Part shown: positions 20,145 to 29,848 of the stretch, piece by piece
How positions within the stretch are numbered: position 1 is the stretch's first letter
How the letters are laid out: each line of letters opens with the position of its first letter
Sequence record: LC592711.1
Direction: 5' to 3' (one strand)
DNA: 64,000 nucleotides
Program-made: the position numbers and the translations under genes
The notes under the pieces: model-generated
What the model was told of the DNA's origin: nothing
The model's database searches: none
What the model saw: only the letters and a program-made list of their open reading frames with translations

Positions 20145-22241
20145 ATGGATAATATTCTGTTGCTCAACAAGAGGAACAAAACAGCAGTTTACCCAAGTGA
20201 TCTGCTGGTCATTGACATTGACAGAACCTGTCCGATTCTCGGAAATCCGTTTCCGATGAAGGACAAAGACGACGATGAAGAACGCTCTTTTGTGATCGAT
20301 TCATACCGTCGGTATTTTGAAAAAGAGTATACCAATAATGGGATACTCACCAAACGAATTCATGAACTTGCAGACCTGGTTCGCTCTGGTAAGCGGATCG
20401 GTCTTCGCTGCTGGTGTCACCCTAAACCGTGTCACGGCAACATCATCATCTCCAAGATCAAAAAACTACTGGAAGGAAACATGTCTGAATCGCCTCAACA
20501 ACCCAGTAAAGAGTTTCTGAACTATCCCTTCGCAAAGGAAGACATCGATTACGTCGAATGTCGTTTCGCTATCCACATTCCGAAGGATCGAAACAACGAG
20601 AAAGGTATCGACCTTCATGCAGTTAAGGAAATCATTCACTTCAAGGATGGCACGACCAAGCCGTGGGTGAAGTACATTCCGAACTACCAGTGCAAATTCT
20701 GGACGACGAAGCCTCATGTTCGTAACGGCAAGTTTGCACACAAGCAGAAGAAAGAATGGGAGTCGCTCGATAACCTGATTGAAGGTCAGGCTACCGCTTC
20801 CGGCATGGGCTTTGCTGTTGCTCGTGCGCTGGATCAGATGCGTCTGGCTGATCGTTATTTCGATCTGAAGGATTCGCCCTACGTCTACGGTCTGGATATT
20901 CCGTCGACGGTGCAACTCAAGCACGACTACACCGTGCGTATGCAGGGTAAGGCTGATACGCCGTTTACCATCGCCTATTCTGATACTGAAACGAACATGC
21001 TCGGTATCGAAGAAGGTGCTTCGAAACACATCATCATGCAGTCGCTCTTCCATCAGGATGGACGTCTGTTCACGGTGATTCTCGAAGACTTCGTGAAGAC
21101 GCTGCCTAATCCGCAGAAAGATCTTCGCGCCCTCTATGACGAACACATGCCTGAGCAAGGCAAGGAACTCGTCAAGGATTGGGAAATCGCAATCGTCAAA
21201 GAACCGATCGACATCGTCAAGGCAATTTTGCAACGTTGCCATACGTGGCAGCCTGACTTCCTGTCGTTCTGGAACATGATCTTCGACTTGGACAAAATGA
21301 TCCAGTGCGTTGAAGACGCCGGTTATCGTCCCGAAGACATCTTCTGCGATCCTCGCCTGCCGCGTGAGTTGCGCTATGCATACCTGAAGCGCGCTAACCC
21401 GAGCAAGACGTCGGCATCGGGTCGTCTGATGACCAAGAAGCCTGCCGACCAGTGGCATAGCTGGCTATGTCCTGCCTCGTTTTACATCATTGACCAGATG
21501 GCCACCTACCGCTTCGTTCGTAAATCGAAGCAGCTGGAAAAGTCTTACGGTCTGGATGACATTCTGGGCAAGGAACTCGAAGGTCTGGGTAAGCTCAAGC
21601 ACAAGCCTGCTGAAGGTTTGACTAAAGCTGAATTCCACATCTTCATGCAACAGAAATATCCTGGCGAGTATGTGATCTATCACATCTGGGATGCGGTCTG
21701 TATGCACCTGCTGACGCTGAAGACGAAGGACTTGTCATTCTCGTTGCCAGGTACGACGGAGTTCTCGGACTTCATGAGCTTTGAATCGGAACCGAAACGC
21801 TACATCCACAAGTTCCATTTCTACGCATTGGAAAACCATCGATGCGTGACTGGTGTATCCAGTAAAGCTCTGGTGCAAGAATACGACGACATGACCATCT
21901 CCACCAAAGGTCACATCGTTACTCTTGAACCACATTTGACTGTGGATTCTGGGATGAAGATCTTCAATGATTATCCCGAGCTACAGACAAACTTCTACGG
22001 CCACAATGCTGACTTGGACGTTAAGTCCAGTTATCCATACGGCCAGTGGGTTTTCAACATGTCGCGTACCACGACTGTTCGAGAACTCGTTGAGATCGAA
22101 GGTGTGCGCGATCATGTTCGCCGCATCCAGGGTCTTAACATCTCTGGTGGACGCAGTAATGCAGTTGAATTCTGTACTGAGATCTTCGGTCTTCCGAGCC
22201 TCGCTGAACTCGACAAGATTTACGATCAGGCACATGCATAA
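20145..22241 (+). CDS. split family-B DNA polymerase subunit (3'-5' exonuclease + motif A; phiKZ gp82-like) with N-terminal DUF4326 domain
   Basis: ExoI SDTETN, ExoII WNMIFD, ExoIII YHIWDA, motif A DLDVKSSYP. N-terminal LGNPF...LRCWCHPKPCHG is the DUF4326 pattern. Internal RBS+ATG at 20481. Confidence 0.8.
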   Translation: MDNILLLNKRNKTAVYPSDLLVIDIDRTCPILGNPFPMKDKDDDEERSFVIDSYRRYFEKEYTNNGILTKRIHELADLVRSGKRIGLRCWCHPKPCHGNIIISKIKKLLEGNMSESPQQPSKEFLNYPFAKEDIDYVECRFAIHIPKDRNNEKGIDLHAVKEIIHFKDGTTKPWVKYIPNYQCKFWTTKPHVRNGKFAHKQKKEWESLDNLIEGQATASGMGFAVARALDQMRLADRYFDLKDSPYVYGLDIPSTVQLKHDYTVRMQGKADTPFTIAYSDTETNMLGIEEGASKHIIMQSLFHQDGRLFTVILEDFVKTLPNPQKDLRALYDEHMPEQGKELVKDWEIAIVKEPIDIVKAILQRCHTWQPDFLSFWNMIFDLDKMIQCVEDAGYRPEDIFCDPRLPRELRYAYLKRANPSKTSASGRLMTKKPADQWHSWLCPASFYIIDQMATYRFVRKSKQLEKSYGLDDILGKELEGLGKLKHKPAEGLTKAEFHIFMQQKYPGEYVIYHIWDAVCMHLLTLKTKDLSFSLPGTTEFSDFMSFESEPKRYIHKFHFYALENHRCVTGVSSKALVQEYDDMTISTKGHIVTLEPHLTVDSGMKIFNDYPELQTNFYGHNADLDVKSSYPYGQWVFNMSRTTTVRELVEIEGVRDHVRRIQGLNISGGRSNAVEFCTEIFGLPSLAELDKIYDQAHA

Positions 22242-22251
22242 AGCATAGGCA

Positions 22252-22281
22252 CCTACTCCTACCCGCAAGGGTAGGAGTAGG
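22252..22281. repeat. 30-bp hairpin/terminator, copy 1
   Basis: CCTACTCCTACCC-GCAA-GGGTAGGAGTAGG between convergent genes; exact reverse complement of 32071-32100. Confidence 0.9.
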
Positions 22282-22292
22282 ACTATGTCTGC

Positions 22293-22865
22293 TTACCATA
22301 CGCTGTAACCGCTAGGCATATATTGGAATGTGTCAGGAATCTTCACAATCGAAGACTGGACACTGCCGTAAGGGTCCGCAGCACAGCCCCAAAACGACGA
22401 AACGCCAGGGACATAACTGGTGAGGTTCACACTCGTCATAGCCACACCATCCCGATAGAACACCAGGAGTTTAGCGTCCAGATCTACTGCCACACCGATT
22501 ACGTTACCTGTGGTGAACGAGCTATAACCGATGCGGCTATTAGCGCCGAAAATAAGCTGTGGTCCTGAACCATACCAAAGCAGTTCGCCTGAACTGGTCC
22601 AAGGCTGGTTGTAGGTTGTACTGATAGAAGCTAGTCCGATCAAAGGTGTATACGGACCATTTGGCTGAACGATAAGTACTTCGAAATACCATTTCCCGCT
22701 ACTGTGCGAATTGGTAGTAAAGGCAGAAGGTCCGCCGGTCGAAGCAAACGTTGCAGTCTTATTGTTGTTTGACAGAGTAGCGCCGGCACTTTTCATCGTT
22801 GGACTGAAGGCGGTACCACCCGACGCAGTGACTTTCTTTTTTAACAACAGGGAGGCAGCTAGCAT
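22293..22865 (-). CDS. SPRY/B30.2-domain protein
   Basis: SSGKWYFEV...GNVIGVAVDLDAKLLVFYRDG SPRY signature. Confidence 0.85.
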   Translation of the reverse strand: MLAASLLLKKKVTASGGTAFSPTMKSAGATLSNNNKTATFASTGGPSAFTTNSHSSGKWYFEVLIVQPNGPYTPLIGLASISTTYNQPWTSSGELLWYGSGPQLIFGANSRIGYSSFTTGNVIGVAVDLDAKLLVFYRDGVAMTSVNLTSYVPGVSSFWGCAADPYGSVQSSIVKIPDTFQYMPSGYSVW

Positions 22866-22866
22866 C

Positions 22867-23469
22867 TTACCACCGTGAGAAACCAGACGGAATCGAATAC
22901 GTCAGCGACGTTGATGCCAAATCCACGATGCCTGCTGTACCGGTTGCATAAGGACTTCCCGCAATCGGATAGAAGGTATGTCCTGGAGTACTGTATGTCG
23001 ACATGCTCAGTTTACCTTTAGCTACTCCATTGATTGAAAACTCAAGCTGCAAGTTATCAAGATCCATCGCTATACCGATGACGGCGCCAGCCGTGAAGAA
23101 CGTACCGTAAGTAATGGATTTAGCATTATTGTAATACATCGTACAATTGCTAGGTCCATTGGCATATAGCACCATTTCATCAGGGCCGTTATTAAACGGA
23201 TTCGTGAGATCGGTACGTTCAGAACAGATTCCGATAGCCGGCGATGCTCCGCCAGGCCAGCCGCTTTCTACTTGAACGATATTGATTTCAGTGTACCACT
23301 TGCCGGAAGTCTTGCCTAATGTCCCACGCGCTGACGCATGCGACGATGAATTCATTGTAAGTCGGAGATTGCTATTCGAAAGAGAAGAGCCGCTACTCAT
23401 TGTGGATGAATCCCACGTTTGAGTAGAAGATACAATCTTCTTCTTGGCGGCGAGGATTAACTCATGCAT
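22867..23469 (-). CDS. SPRY/B30.2-domain protein
   Basis: KTSGKWYTEI...GAVIGIAMDLDNLQLEFSING SPRY signature; paralog of its neighbour. Confidence 0.85.
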   Translation of the reverse strand: MHELILAAKKKIVSSTQTWDSSTMSSGSSLSNSNLRLTMNSSSHASARGTLGKTSGKWYTEINIVQVESGWPGGASPAIGICSERTDLTNPFNNGPDEMVLYANGPSNCTMYYNNAKSITYGTFFTAGAVIGIAMDLDNLQLEFSINGVAKGKLSMSTYSTPGHTFYPIAGSPYATGTAGIVDLASTSLTYSIPSGFSRW

Positions 23470-23505
23470 AAGTAACCCATGTTTGTAAGTATAAAGTCAT
23501 AGGAT

Positions 23506-23531
23506 CGTATCAGGGCGCGAGCCCTGATACG
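23506..23531 (-). terminator. hairpin after tmk
   Basis: 11-bp stem followed on the minus strand by ATCCTATG. Confidence 0.55.
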
Positions 23532-23537
23532 TATCCG

Positions 23538-24233
23538 TTATTCGATGTACTGGATGATATTGTCGACCGATTTCTGTACTTCACTGATCGAGCGGGTTGC
23601 ATCGACAGTGAAAAGAGGCCCGGCTTCCTGCATGATTCGCTGGCTGAACTGCGCACGGAAGTTCTGGATGAGGTTCTCGAAGAATTCGTCCGGCTTCGTT
23701 TCGAATGCGTCCTTCACATCACCGGCCGCACTTACGCGTTCGTCGACACGAGCGCGAGAAGTCGCCAGATCGATGTCCAGAAAGATCGTGGCGTAGCCTT
23801 TGATCTGGCTGTAGAGCCATGCCCGCGTTTGAAGCGGATATGAAGCCAGAATGTTGGGCAGATTCAGATGGTAGTCGAACATCTGATCACAGAGCTTCTT
23901 AGGGATTCCCTGAGTGAAGTGCTGGTATACCCATGTCGTGTCGTTCCAACGGTCACTGATGACCACCTGGCCAGCCAGAAGGGCAGGTATGATGTTCTCG
24001 ACCAGTACCCGGCGACGCAGATACAGAATACACGACAAAACTGCCGGCATCGGGATTTTCTGATGAATCCATGCATCGCGCATGAACGATGCTTCTTCGT
24101 CTTTCGGATATGCCGCGACAACGACATTCGGAATGCCTTTAGCCGTCAGGTATTCGCCGATGTATTTCGAAATGCTACTCTTACCGCTCCCGTCGATGCC
24201 TTCAACGGTCCAGAAACGATTGTCACTTGCCAC
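23538..24233 (-). CDS. tmk: thymidylate (dTMP) kinase
   Basis: P-loop VEGIDGSGKS, ISDRW...YQ motif, IFLDID. Confidence 0.92.
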   Translation of the reverse strand: MASDNRFWTVEGIDGSGKSSISKYIGEYLTAKGIPNVVVAAYPKDEEASFMRDAWIHQKIPMPAVLSCILYLRRRVLVENIIPALLAGQVVISDRWNDTTWVYQHFTQGIPKKLCDQMFDYHLNLPNILASYPLQTRAWLYSQIKGYATIFLDIDLATSRARVDERVSAAGDVKDAFETKPDEFFENLIQNFRAQFSQRIMQEAGPLFTVDATRSISEVQKSVDNIIQYIE

Positions 24234-24338
24234 GTTGGTCTCCCAGGTTTAACCAGGCTATCTGGCCTAAAAATAAAAAAATAAAACAAAAAAAAAATCC
24301 CCGGACGAACCGGGGAAAAATACACGCGCCGCCGAGGG

Positions 24339-25109
24339 CTACATGCGGCGCATGTAGAGGCTCAGTGGCACGTAGGACGGATTCACGAAACGATACATTG
24401 CTGCAGCGCTCTGTTCCTTCTCGCGACAGTTATTCGCGAAACGAACGAAGTGCTCCAACTCACCCTTGGTTTTGGCAGTGCCGACATACACACTGTTCTG
24501 CTCCTTAAGCGAACTGTAGTAGACTTCGACACCGCCTTCCTTCGAGCGAGCATAGGCTTGTACGCCATCGGGTATGATGACGTCATGCACAGTCTTGATA
24601 TAGTTCCGGTTGTACTTCACCGGATACCACAACGACTTATTGACCTCGTCGGTGAACTGACGCAGATTCTCGAAGTAGTAGTTCGCAGCTTCCAGGACCA
24701 TGTTCTTGTAATCCGGATTGTGGAACTCCTGCGCAATGCTGCTACCGCTGAATACTCGGATAACAACCTTACGAGGACCCCGCATTGCTGCGACCATCTT
24801 CGAAGGAAGAATGAAAACGCCATGGCCGGGAATGACCTTGACGCCTTCTTCTTTTTTATCAAACAACTGACGTAGCTTGCCGCGCTGGGCGAAAGCTTTC
24901 GACTGACCGAGCGCGACGTTGTACTCGCGGAATGTCTCAGCCGATACTTCTTCGTCCACGATGGGCGTGAACACGTGATTCTGGCGAATGCTATTCACCC
25001 GCCATGCCTTATCGCCATAGCTGGCGTTGATGATGGACAGGTCCGAATCAATCGGGAATTCGCGATTCAGAATACGCACTACGTTTTTGCCGACGGAGAT
25101 CTGTTGCAT
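24339..25109 (-). CDS. hypothetical protein
   Basis: 256 aa ORF with AAGGA RBS and downstream terminator. Confidence 0.75.
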   Translation of the reverse strand: MQQISVGKNVVRILNREFPIDSDLSIINASYGDKAWRVNSIRQNHVFTPIVDEEVSAETFREYNVALGQSKAFAQRGKLRQLFDKKEEGVKVIPGHGVFILPSKMVAAMRGPRKVVIRVFSGSSIAQEFHNPDYKNMVLEAANYYFENLRQFTDEVNKSLWYPVKYNRNYIKTVHDVIIPDGVQAYARSKEGGVEVYYSSLKEQNSVYVGTAKTKGELEHFVRFANNCREKEQSAAAMYRFVNPSYVPLSLYMRRM

Positions 25110-25143
25110 GTCGATTTTATCCTTACGTTTTGAAAGTTGAAGC

Positions 25144-25881
25144 TTAAGCTGCGTTGATGCTTACATCTTCAGAGTTCGCAGCTTCCAGGCTTTCGCCCGA
25201 TGCTGCTTTTTGGCGAGCCTTGATGATGCAGATCGCCATGTCCACGGCCACCAGGAAGTGGGCGTGAGAGGTTTGGTACGGATTCTTCGGAACAGAAACC
25301 GTACTGGCCAGCCGTCGCGGATCGCCTGCTTCTTCATAGCTTTCCAGTGGCGCAGTCGTCTGATACGCGTCGATCATTTCCTTGGTGGCGGCGATGACCG
25401 AATCGACCCAGACGTACTTCTTCTTCCATGCTGCCTTGTAATAGCGCTTGGCATCTTCGACCGAATAGCCGGCATTGGCGAGAGTCGCCAGACAGCCTTG
25501 TTCGAAGATTGCCCGCGTACGGACAGACAGCGGAATCGCGACGATTGTGCGTCCGACTTCTTTTTCATCTTGCTTGCGGATGTTGACGCGCAGGTCCCAT
25601 TCACCGAGTCGGTGGGGAACGCGGCTCCAACCGTGGAAGAACTGTACCAGGTCCTTCTGGCGTCCTTCAGACACGATCCGTTCGATTTCTGCTACAGCCG
25701 CTTCGTCGGCGGCAGATGCGAGAGGTGCAGGGGCTACCCGATGTGCCGGACGATGGGTCGCATGATTGTTTCCTCCACGACTGAAGGTCGAGGTGTGCGG
25801 CCGGTGACGTTGGCCTTCTGTGGATTGGGGCGTCTTATTCTTGTTGCCGCCGAATCGATGTGCCATGTTGAGATAAGTCAT
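25144..25881 (-). CDS. hypothetical protein, probably early
   Basis: Start placed at MTYLNM behind GGGAG; promoter motif at 25978-25993. Confidence 0.7.
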   Translation of the reverse strand: MTYLNMAHRFGGNKNKTPQSTEGQRHRPHTSTFSRGGNNHATHRPAHRVAPAPLASAADEAAVAEIERIVSEGRQKDLVQFFHGWSRVPHRLGEWDLRVNIRKQDEKEVGRTIVAIPLSVRTRAIFEQGCLATLANAGYSVEDAKRYYKAAWKKKYVWVDSVIAATKEMIDAYQTTAPLESYEEAGDPRRLASTVSVPKNPYQTSHAHFLVAVDMAICIIKARQKAASGESLEAANSEDVSINAA

Positions 25882-25977
25882 AATGACTCCCAAGACATAA
25901 TTTTGGTAAGCGAGGAATTCGCTTGTTTTAACCAACAGAACAGAACCCAGCAAAAGTTTTAGCCGGAAATTCATTTT

Positions 25978-25993
25978 GATTATATATTGTTGA
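25978..25993 (-). promoter_or_regulatory. putative early promoter (TCAACAATATATAATC)
   Basis: Same motif in an AT-rich gap after a terminator. Confidence 0.55.
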
Positions 25994-26045
25994 TTTTTTC
26001 TGCATTATATCTGGCTGCCAAACAAATAAAAACAGACATAGACCA

Positions 26046-26073
26046 ATACCAGAAGCCTTGCGGCCTCTGGTAT
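26046..26073 (-). terminator. hairpin after chaperone operon
   Basis: 12-bp stem with G-U pairing, GCAA loop, then TGGTCTATG and a U-rich tract. Confidence 0.6.
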
Positions 26074-26075
26074 CG

Positions 26076-26597
26076 TCATTTCTTTTGCTGTTGATTACTA
26101 GGCGTTTGAGCGAGCAGCTTCTCCAACTTCTGAATGGCGCCGTTTCCGGCACCAAGCAGCTTGGCGCTATGCTTCTTCGCCGAGTTAATCACCTTCAGGA
26201 AATCGCGTCGAGGATAACGAATTAACTCATCGAAGGAAAACCCGAAGATTTCATGCACCTTGTTTTCGGCAAACTGGTCGAGACGGAAGTCAAACGGGTC
26301 CACACGAGCCAGATCCTCAAGCGGCGAGCAGAATAACAGGGGCCATGGAACGTTCTTGAAGTCGTCCGGTGCGTCGTGATTGTAGATGCCGAATGCGGTT
26401 TCGTACTTCATCCGCATGAACAACTCCGCGTCCACCACATTGGGTAGTTTGGCGTTGGTCATGGCTTCCAGAATCACGTTGACCGGAGACCTGCCCCTGT
26501 CTTCTATTCTCGCCAACTCGGGTTCTAGTCCGATGTGTCCTCCAGACTCCTCGATGAGAGTCCAAGCAACTTCTGCTCGACCAGCTGAAAAAAAACC
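26076..26597 (-). CDS. -1 frame ORF downstream of the chaperone-like gene (T4 gp51-/lambda T-like); probably the frameshift extension
   Basis: Open in the -1 frame across the T8 run. C-terminal HEIFGFSFDELIRYPRRDFLKVI resembles gp51/T-type chaperone tails. No convincing own RBS. Confidence 0.55.
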   Translation of the reverse strand, partial: GFFSAGRAEVAWTLIEESGGHIGLEPELARIEDRGRSPVNVILEAMTNAKLPNVVDAELFMRMKYETAFGIYNHDAPDDFKNVPWPLLFCSPLEDLARVDPFDFRLDQFAENKVHEIFGFSFDELIRYPRRDFLKVINSAKKHSAKLLGAGNGAIQKLEKLLAQTPSNQQQKK

Positions 26598-28051
26598 GAA
26601 ACCGCATCGAGGGCGATCAGGCGCGGCCACTTGTCGCCGGACAGGGTGTCCTCGTACTCGTTGACCGAGGTCGTCGCAATGATTGCGACTTGCGTGTTGT
26701 TGATGTAGTCGCTGATCGCCTTGAAGAACTTCCGGGAGATCTCGTCGGAGGCCGAGAGAGACACAAGCACCTTGTCCACGTTTTCACGCGTGGTATAGAG
26801 CTCGCCATCTTCTTCGATAGCCTTAACGTAGTGCGAGTACTGGCGCAGACGGGAAGCCTTAGCCAATTGGCTGATGTACTGCATGCGCTTCTGGTCGGTT
26901 GCTTCCGCGCCAAGAGCTTCGTGAACCGCGGCGTTGATCTCGTTGATCCACTTCTCGCCGGTGTCGAAGTACTCGCGCAGATTCGGCGTATACAGATGCA
27001 ACTTCACACCTTCGCCGATTTCGACCACCGTGTTCTGGTTGAAGACGAACTGGTCCTTGTAGTCCTTGATCGTCTTGAGCGTCATCGGCGCTTCGATACG
27101 CTTGACCATGTGCGCCAGTTGCTCTTCCTTGAACATTTTGGCGTTCATGAAGAGACACTTGCGCAGGTCGATGATCTGATGCAGTTCTTCCTTCGGCAGC
27201 TTCGTATCTTCCGTGAAGACAGCCCGCGACATCGGGAAGCCGTTCGGATAGATCGAGGACGCGACCGACAGAGCGATCAGCGGCAGATCGTTCACAGTGA
27301 TGTGATCGACCAGGTTTTCCTTGGGCAGATCGTTGACCGTCGTTTCGATCAGCGAGCCAACCCATGCTTCGAAAACAGCTTTGGCCGTGAAGACCGAGTT
27401 GTTCGCGAACATGAGACCGTGCGTGGCCCGGCCGAGCTTGATCGGTTCAGCGATGATGGTACGCCACAGGCCGATGATGTCGTATTCTTCCAGCGGCTTC
27501 ACAGTCGCATAGAAGCCCGAACCAACGAGCGGAACCTGTACCGGCGAACCCAGACCCAGACGCGCACGAACCGACAGGTTCAAACGCTCCGAGCTCATCT
27601 TCGCGCCACGTCCCTTGTTCGTGAACTTGGGACGACCGACGTTGACGTTCTGACCTGCGTAGTTCAGAGCATTGCGCCATTCGGCATTCGGGTCAGCGAG
27701 CGCATCTTCGAACACGCCATGAGCCGGAACCGAACGGAAACCGTTGAGCAGCGTCTGATACCAGTTCACCGCATCTTCGTTGACGTCGACTTCGCCCATC
27801 TTGGTCGCAGTCATGTCGTCGTTGATACGGCTTGCCGAATCAGGCAGAAGAGGAACCAGGATATCCTGGAACTTCTTCAGTTCTTCTTCGCTGGGAGCAG
27901 GCGACATCAAGTCGGTCTTGCTTTCCCAGTTCTTTGCTTGCTTGGGCACCTCGACGGTCTGCGGGTCGATACTGACCTGCGTTTCGTCGGGCATGTGAAG
28001 CTCGGGCTCGTCACCCGAGCCGCCCTGGTTGTCTTCAGGAGCGATTGCCAT
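26525..28051 (-). CDS. putative tail/baseplate assembly chaperone (T4 gp26-/lambda G-like; phiKZ gp77-like by position)
   Basis: 508 aa; NDLPLIALSVASSIYPNG resembles gp26-type motif; ends VSVFFQL at a slippery run. Confidence 0.5.
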   Translation of the reverse strand: MAIAPEDNQGGSGDEPELHMPDETQVSIDPQTVEVPKQAKNWESKTDLMSPAPSEEELKKFQDILVPLLPDSASRINDDMTATKMGEVDVNEDAVNWYQTLLNGFRSVPAHGVFEDALADPNAEWRNALNYAGQNVNVGRPKFTNKGRGAKMSSERLNLSVRARLGLGSPVQVPLVGSGFYATVKPLEEYDIIGLWRTIIAEPIKLGRATHGLMFANNSVFTAKAVFEAWVGSLIETTVNDLPKENLVDHITVNDLPLIALSVASSIYPNGFPMSRAVFTEDTKLPKEELHQIIDLRKCLFMNAKMFKEEQLAHMVKRIEAPMTLKTIKDYKDQFVFNQNTVVEIGEGVKLHLYTPNLREYFDTGEKWINEINAAVHEALGAEATDQKRMQYISQLAKASRLRQYSHYVKAIEEDGELYTTRENVDKVLVSLSASDEISRKFFKAISDYINNTQVAIIATTSVNEYEDTLSGDKWPRLIALDAVSVFFQLVEQKLLGLSSRSLEDTSD

Positions 28052-28063
28052 GTAGCTGGTTCC

Positions 28064-28837
28064 TTAGATGCGGATCAGGTCGATGCCGGGCTGCGGCTGA
28101 CCAGTGACTTCTTCGGTTTCGACAACGCCGAGTTCATCGACCGGCGTGACGACGCGGCTCTGGCCGCGACCTTCAGCCGGCTGGTTGATGATTTCCGACG
28201 GCTTGAGTGCATCTTCGCCATCGGCGCTGATACCTTCCATGCCTTCGGCCGGAGCTTCGACTTCCTTCGCTGCTTGCGGAACATCACCTTCGTCGAGGAT
28301 GGCGACTTCCTGGCCGGCAGCGCGCGCAGCTTCGATCTGTTCGACCGTCAGTGCGTCTTGCGCTTCGAGCAGTTCCTTGAGCGCCTTGTTGTAGATCAGG
28401 TTCAGCGCGCCGATGATCGGCTGGAACTTGTTGAAGAGGTCGATGTCGAATGCCTGATAGGCTTCGAAGATGCGGTACGCTTTCGAGAGCTCTTCGTAGC
28501 TCAGGCACAGCTTACGGATGTGACCGTGGCTGTCCCAGAGAGCCTGGAATTCCTTGGCCATTTCGGCGACGAGCGGCTGGATCTTCGCGATTTCGGCGTC
28601 GAACGCTTCCTTCTCGCCGTTCTTGGCGACCTTCATCAGCACGACCGGGTGGTTGTACTGTGCGAACAGTTCAGCCAGCTTGTTGATGTTCTTCTGGCTG
28701 CGTTGGTGAACTTCTTTCAGCTGATACCAGCAGCGGGAGGTCTTCTCGCGATCGAACGATTTCTTGCCGCTCGTCATGCCGGCTGCTGCGCGGCGTTCTG
28801 CGTCTTTCTGACGACGGCTTGCGGATTTTTGCGTCAT
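28064..28837 (-). CDS. conserved hypothetical coiled-coil protein (gp78-like by position)
   Basis: 257 aa ORF co-oriented with and just upstream of the chaperone-like gene. Confidence 0.65.
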   Translation of the reverse strand: MTQKSASRRQKDAERRAAAGMTSGKKSFDREKTSRCWYQLKEVHQRSQKNINKLAELFAQYNHPVVLMKVAKNGEKEAFDAEIAKIQPLVAEMAKEFQALWDSHGHIRKLCLSYEELSKAYRIFEAYQAFDIDLFNKFQPIIGALNLIYNKALKELLEAQDALTVEQIEAARAAGQEVAILDEGDVPQAAKEVEAPAEGMEGISADGEDALKPSEIINQPAEGRGQSRVVTPVDELGVVETEEVTGQPQPGIDLIRI

Positions 28838-28933
28838 TTGTCATATCCCCAGTAGGAATTTTAGATGGTTCACCAGACGATAACTTCAAGTAAATAAAAA
28901 AGTATTTATTTACTCTGTTGTGTAGATCCTCTG

Positions 28934-29848
28934 ATGAATAAGGAGAACACTATGCTCGATCAGAGCTTGGACAACTTTTTGGAACAGGCATTGCCACCGG
29001 AGAAGTACCGCCTCTACGTGGACATTATCTCCTATTTGGAGAGCATAGAATACGACACCATCGAGAGTGAGCTACTCAATCTCATCTACATGTCGATTGG
29101 CGACGAGAACGAAAAGGTTCCGAAGCCTGAGTCGACCTGCGTGGATGAAATCTACGGTCACCTTCGCGAGTGTATGATCTCCCAACTTTCGCAAAGCGGT
29201 ATCGTCGCGAATGAAGAGGTCAAGCTAAAGGATGTGTACGATTTGGCCATCGGCCTTTACCACATCTCCACTCACGAAGACATCGCAGGCATTGTTGCAT
29301 GCTGCAGTCTCGATGAAGCCCCGATCCACCAACTGGCTGAAGTACTCCAGCTGGTGACGACGGTGAGCGCCGATCACTGGATGACAGTCATCGACGAAAT
29401 TCAACCCGAAGTAATTTCGCGCATCATTGAGATGAGTCACGAGACGATCAACTCCGAGTATCAAGTAATGGAGGAGACGGCTGAATATTTACAGAAGATC
29501 CGGATCTATTCCGAGTACTGCGTCAAGAAGGGAATGATTGACCTCAAGGTCTTCAGTCTCGTCTCGAATGTCGTGCTCGGACAGAACTACCAGACGTATC
29601 TGGATTCTGGTGTGATTCACGAACTCTTCGAAGGCGATCAGATGGAACGATTGGCGCTTGAGATGTACGGCATGGCGCTGATGTCCAATGATGCTTCGAA
29701 GGATCCGGTCGGAGCTATCCGAACTGTCATCGAGTCATACATCGAGGACACGCGTCGTATTGTCGACTTGAACTCGAAAGTGCAGCTGGTCAATGCCGAG
29801 TTCGTCAAGTTCTATCAAACCACCAGCCAGGGCCTGAACAATGGATAA
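28934..29848 (+). CDS. conserved hypothetical/virion protein (gp79-like by position)
   Basis: 304 aa acidic ORF overlapping the vRNAP gene start. Confidence 0.65.
   Translation: MNKENTMLDQSLDNFLEQALPPEKYRLYVDIISYLESIEYDTIESELLNLIYMSIGDENEKVPKPESTCVDEIYGHLRECMISQLSQSGIVANEEVKLKDVYDLAIGLYHISTHEDIAGIVACCSLDEAPIHQLAEVLQLVTTVSADHWMTVIDEIQPEVISRIIEMSHETINSEYQVMEETAEYLQKIRIYSEYCVKKGMIDLKVFSLVSNVVLGQNYQTYLDSGVIHELFEGDQMERLALEMYGMALMSNDASKDPVGAIRTVIESYIEDTRRIVDLNSKVQLVNAEFVKFYQTTSQGLNNG

Noticed and set aside
24268-24320. A-rich run as a replication origin or second frameshift site
   Set aside because: It is the U-tract of an ordinary minus-strand terminator (CCCCGG-UUCG-UCCGGGG) in non-coding sequence.
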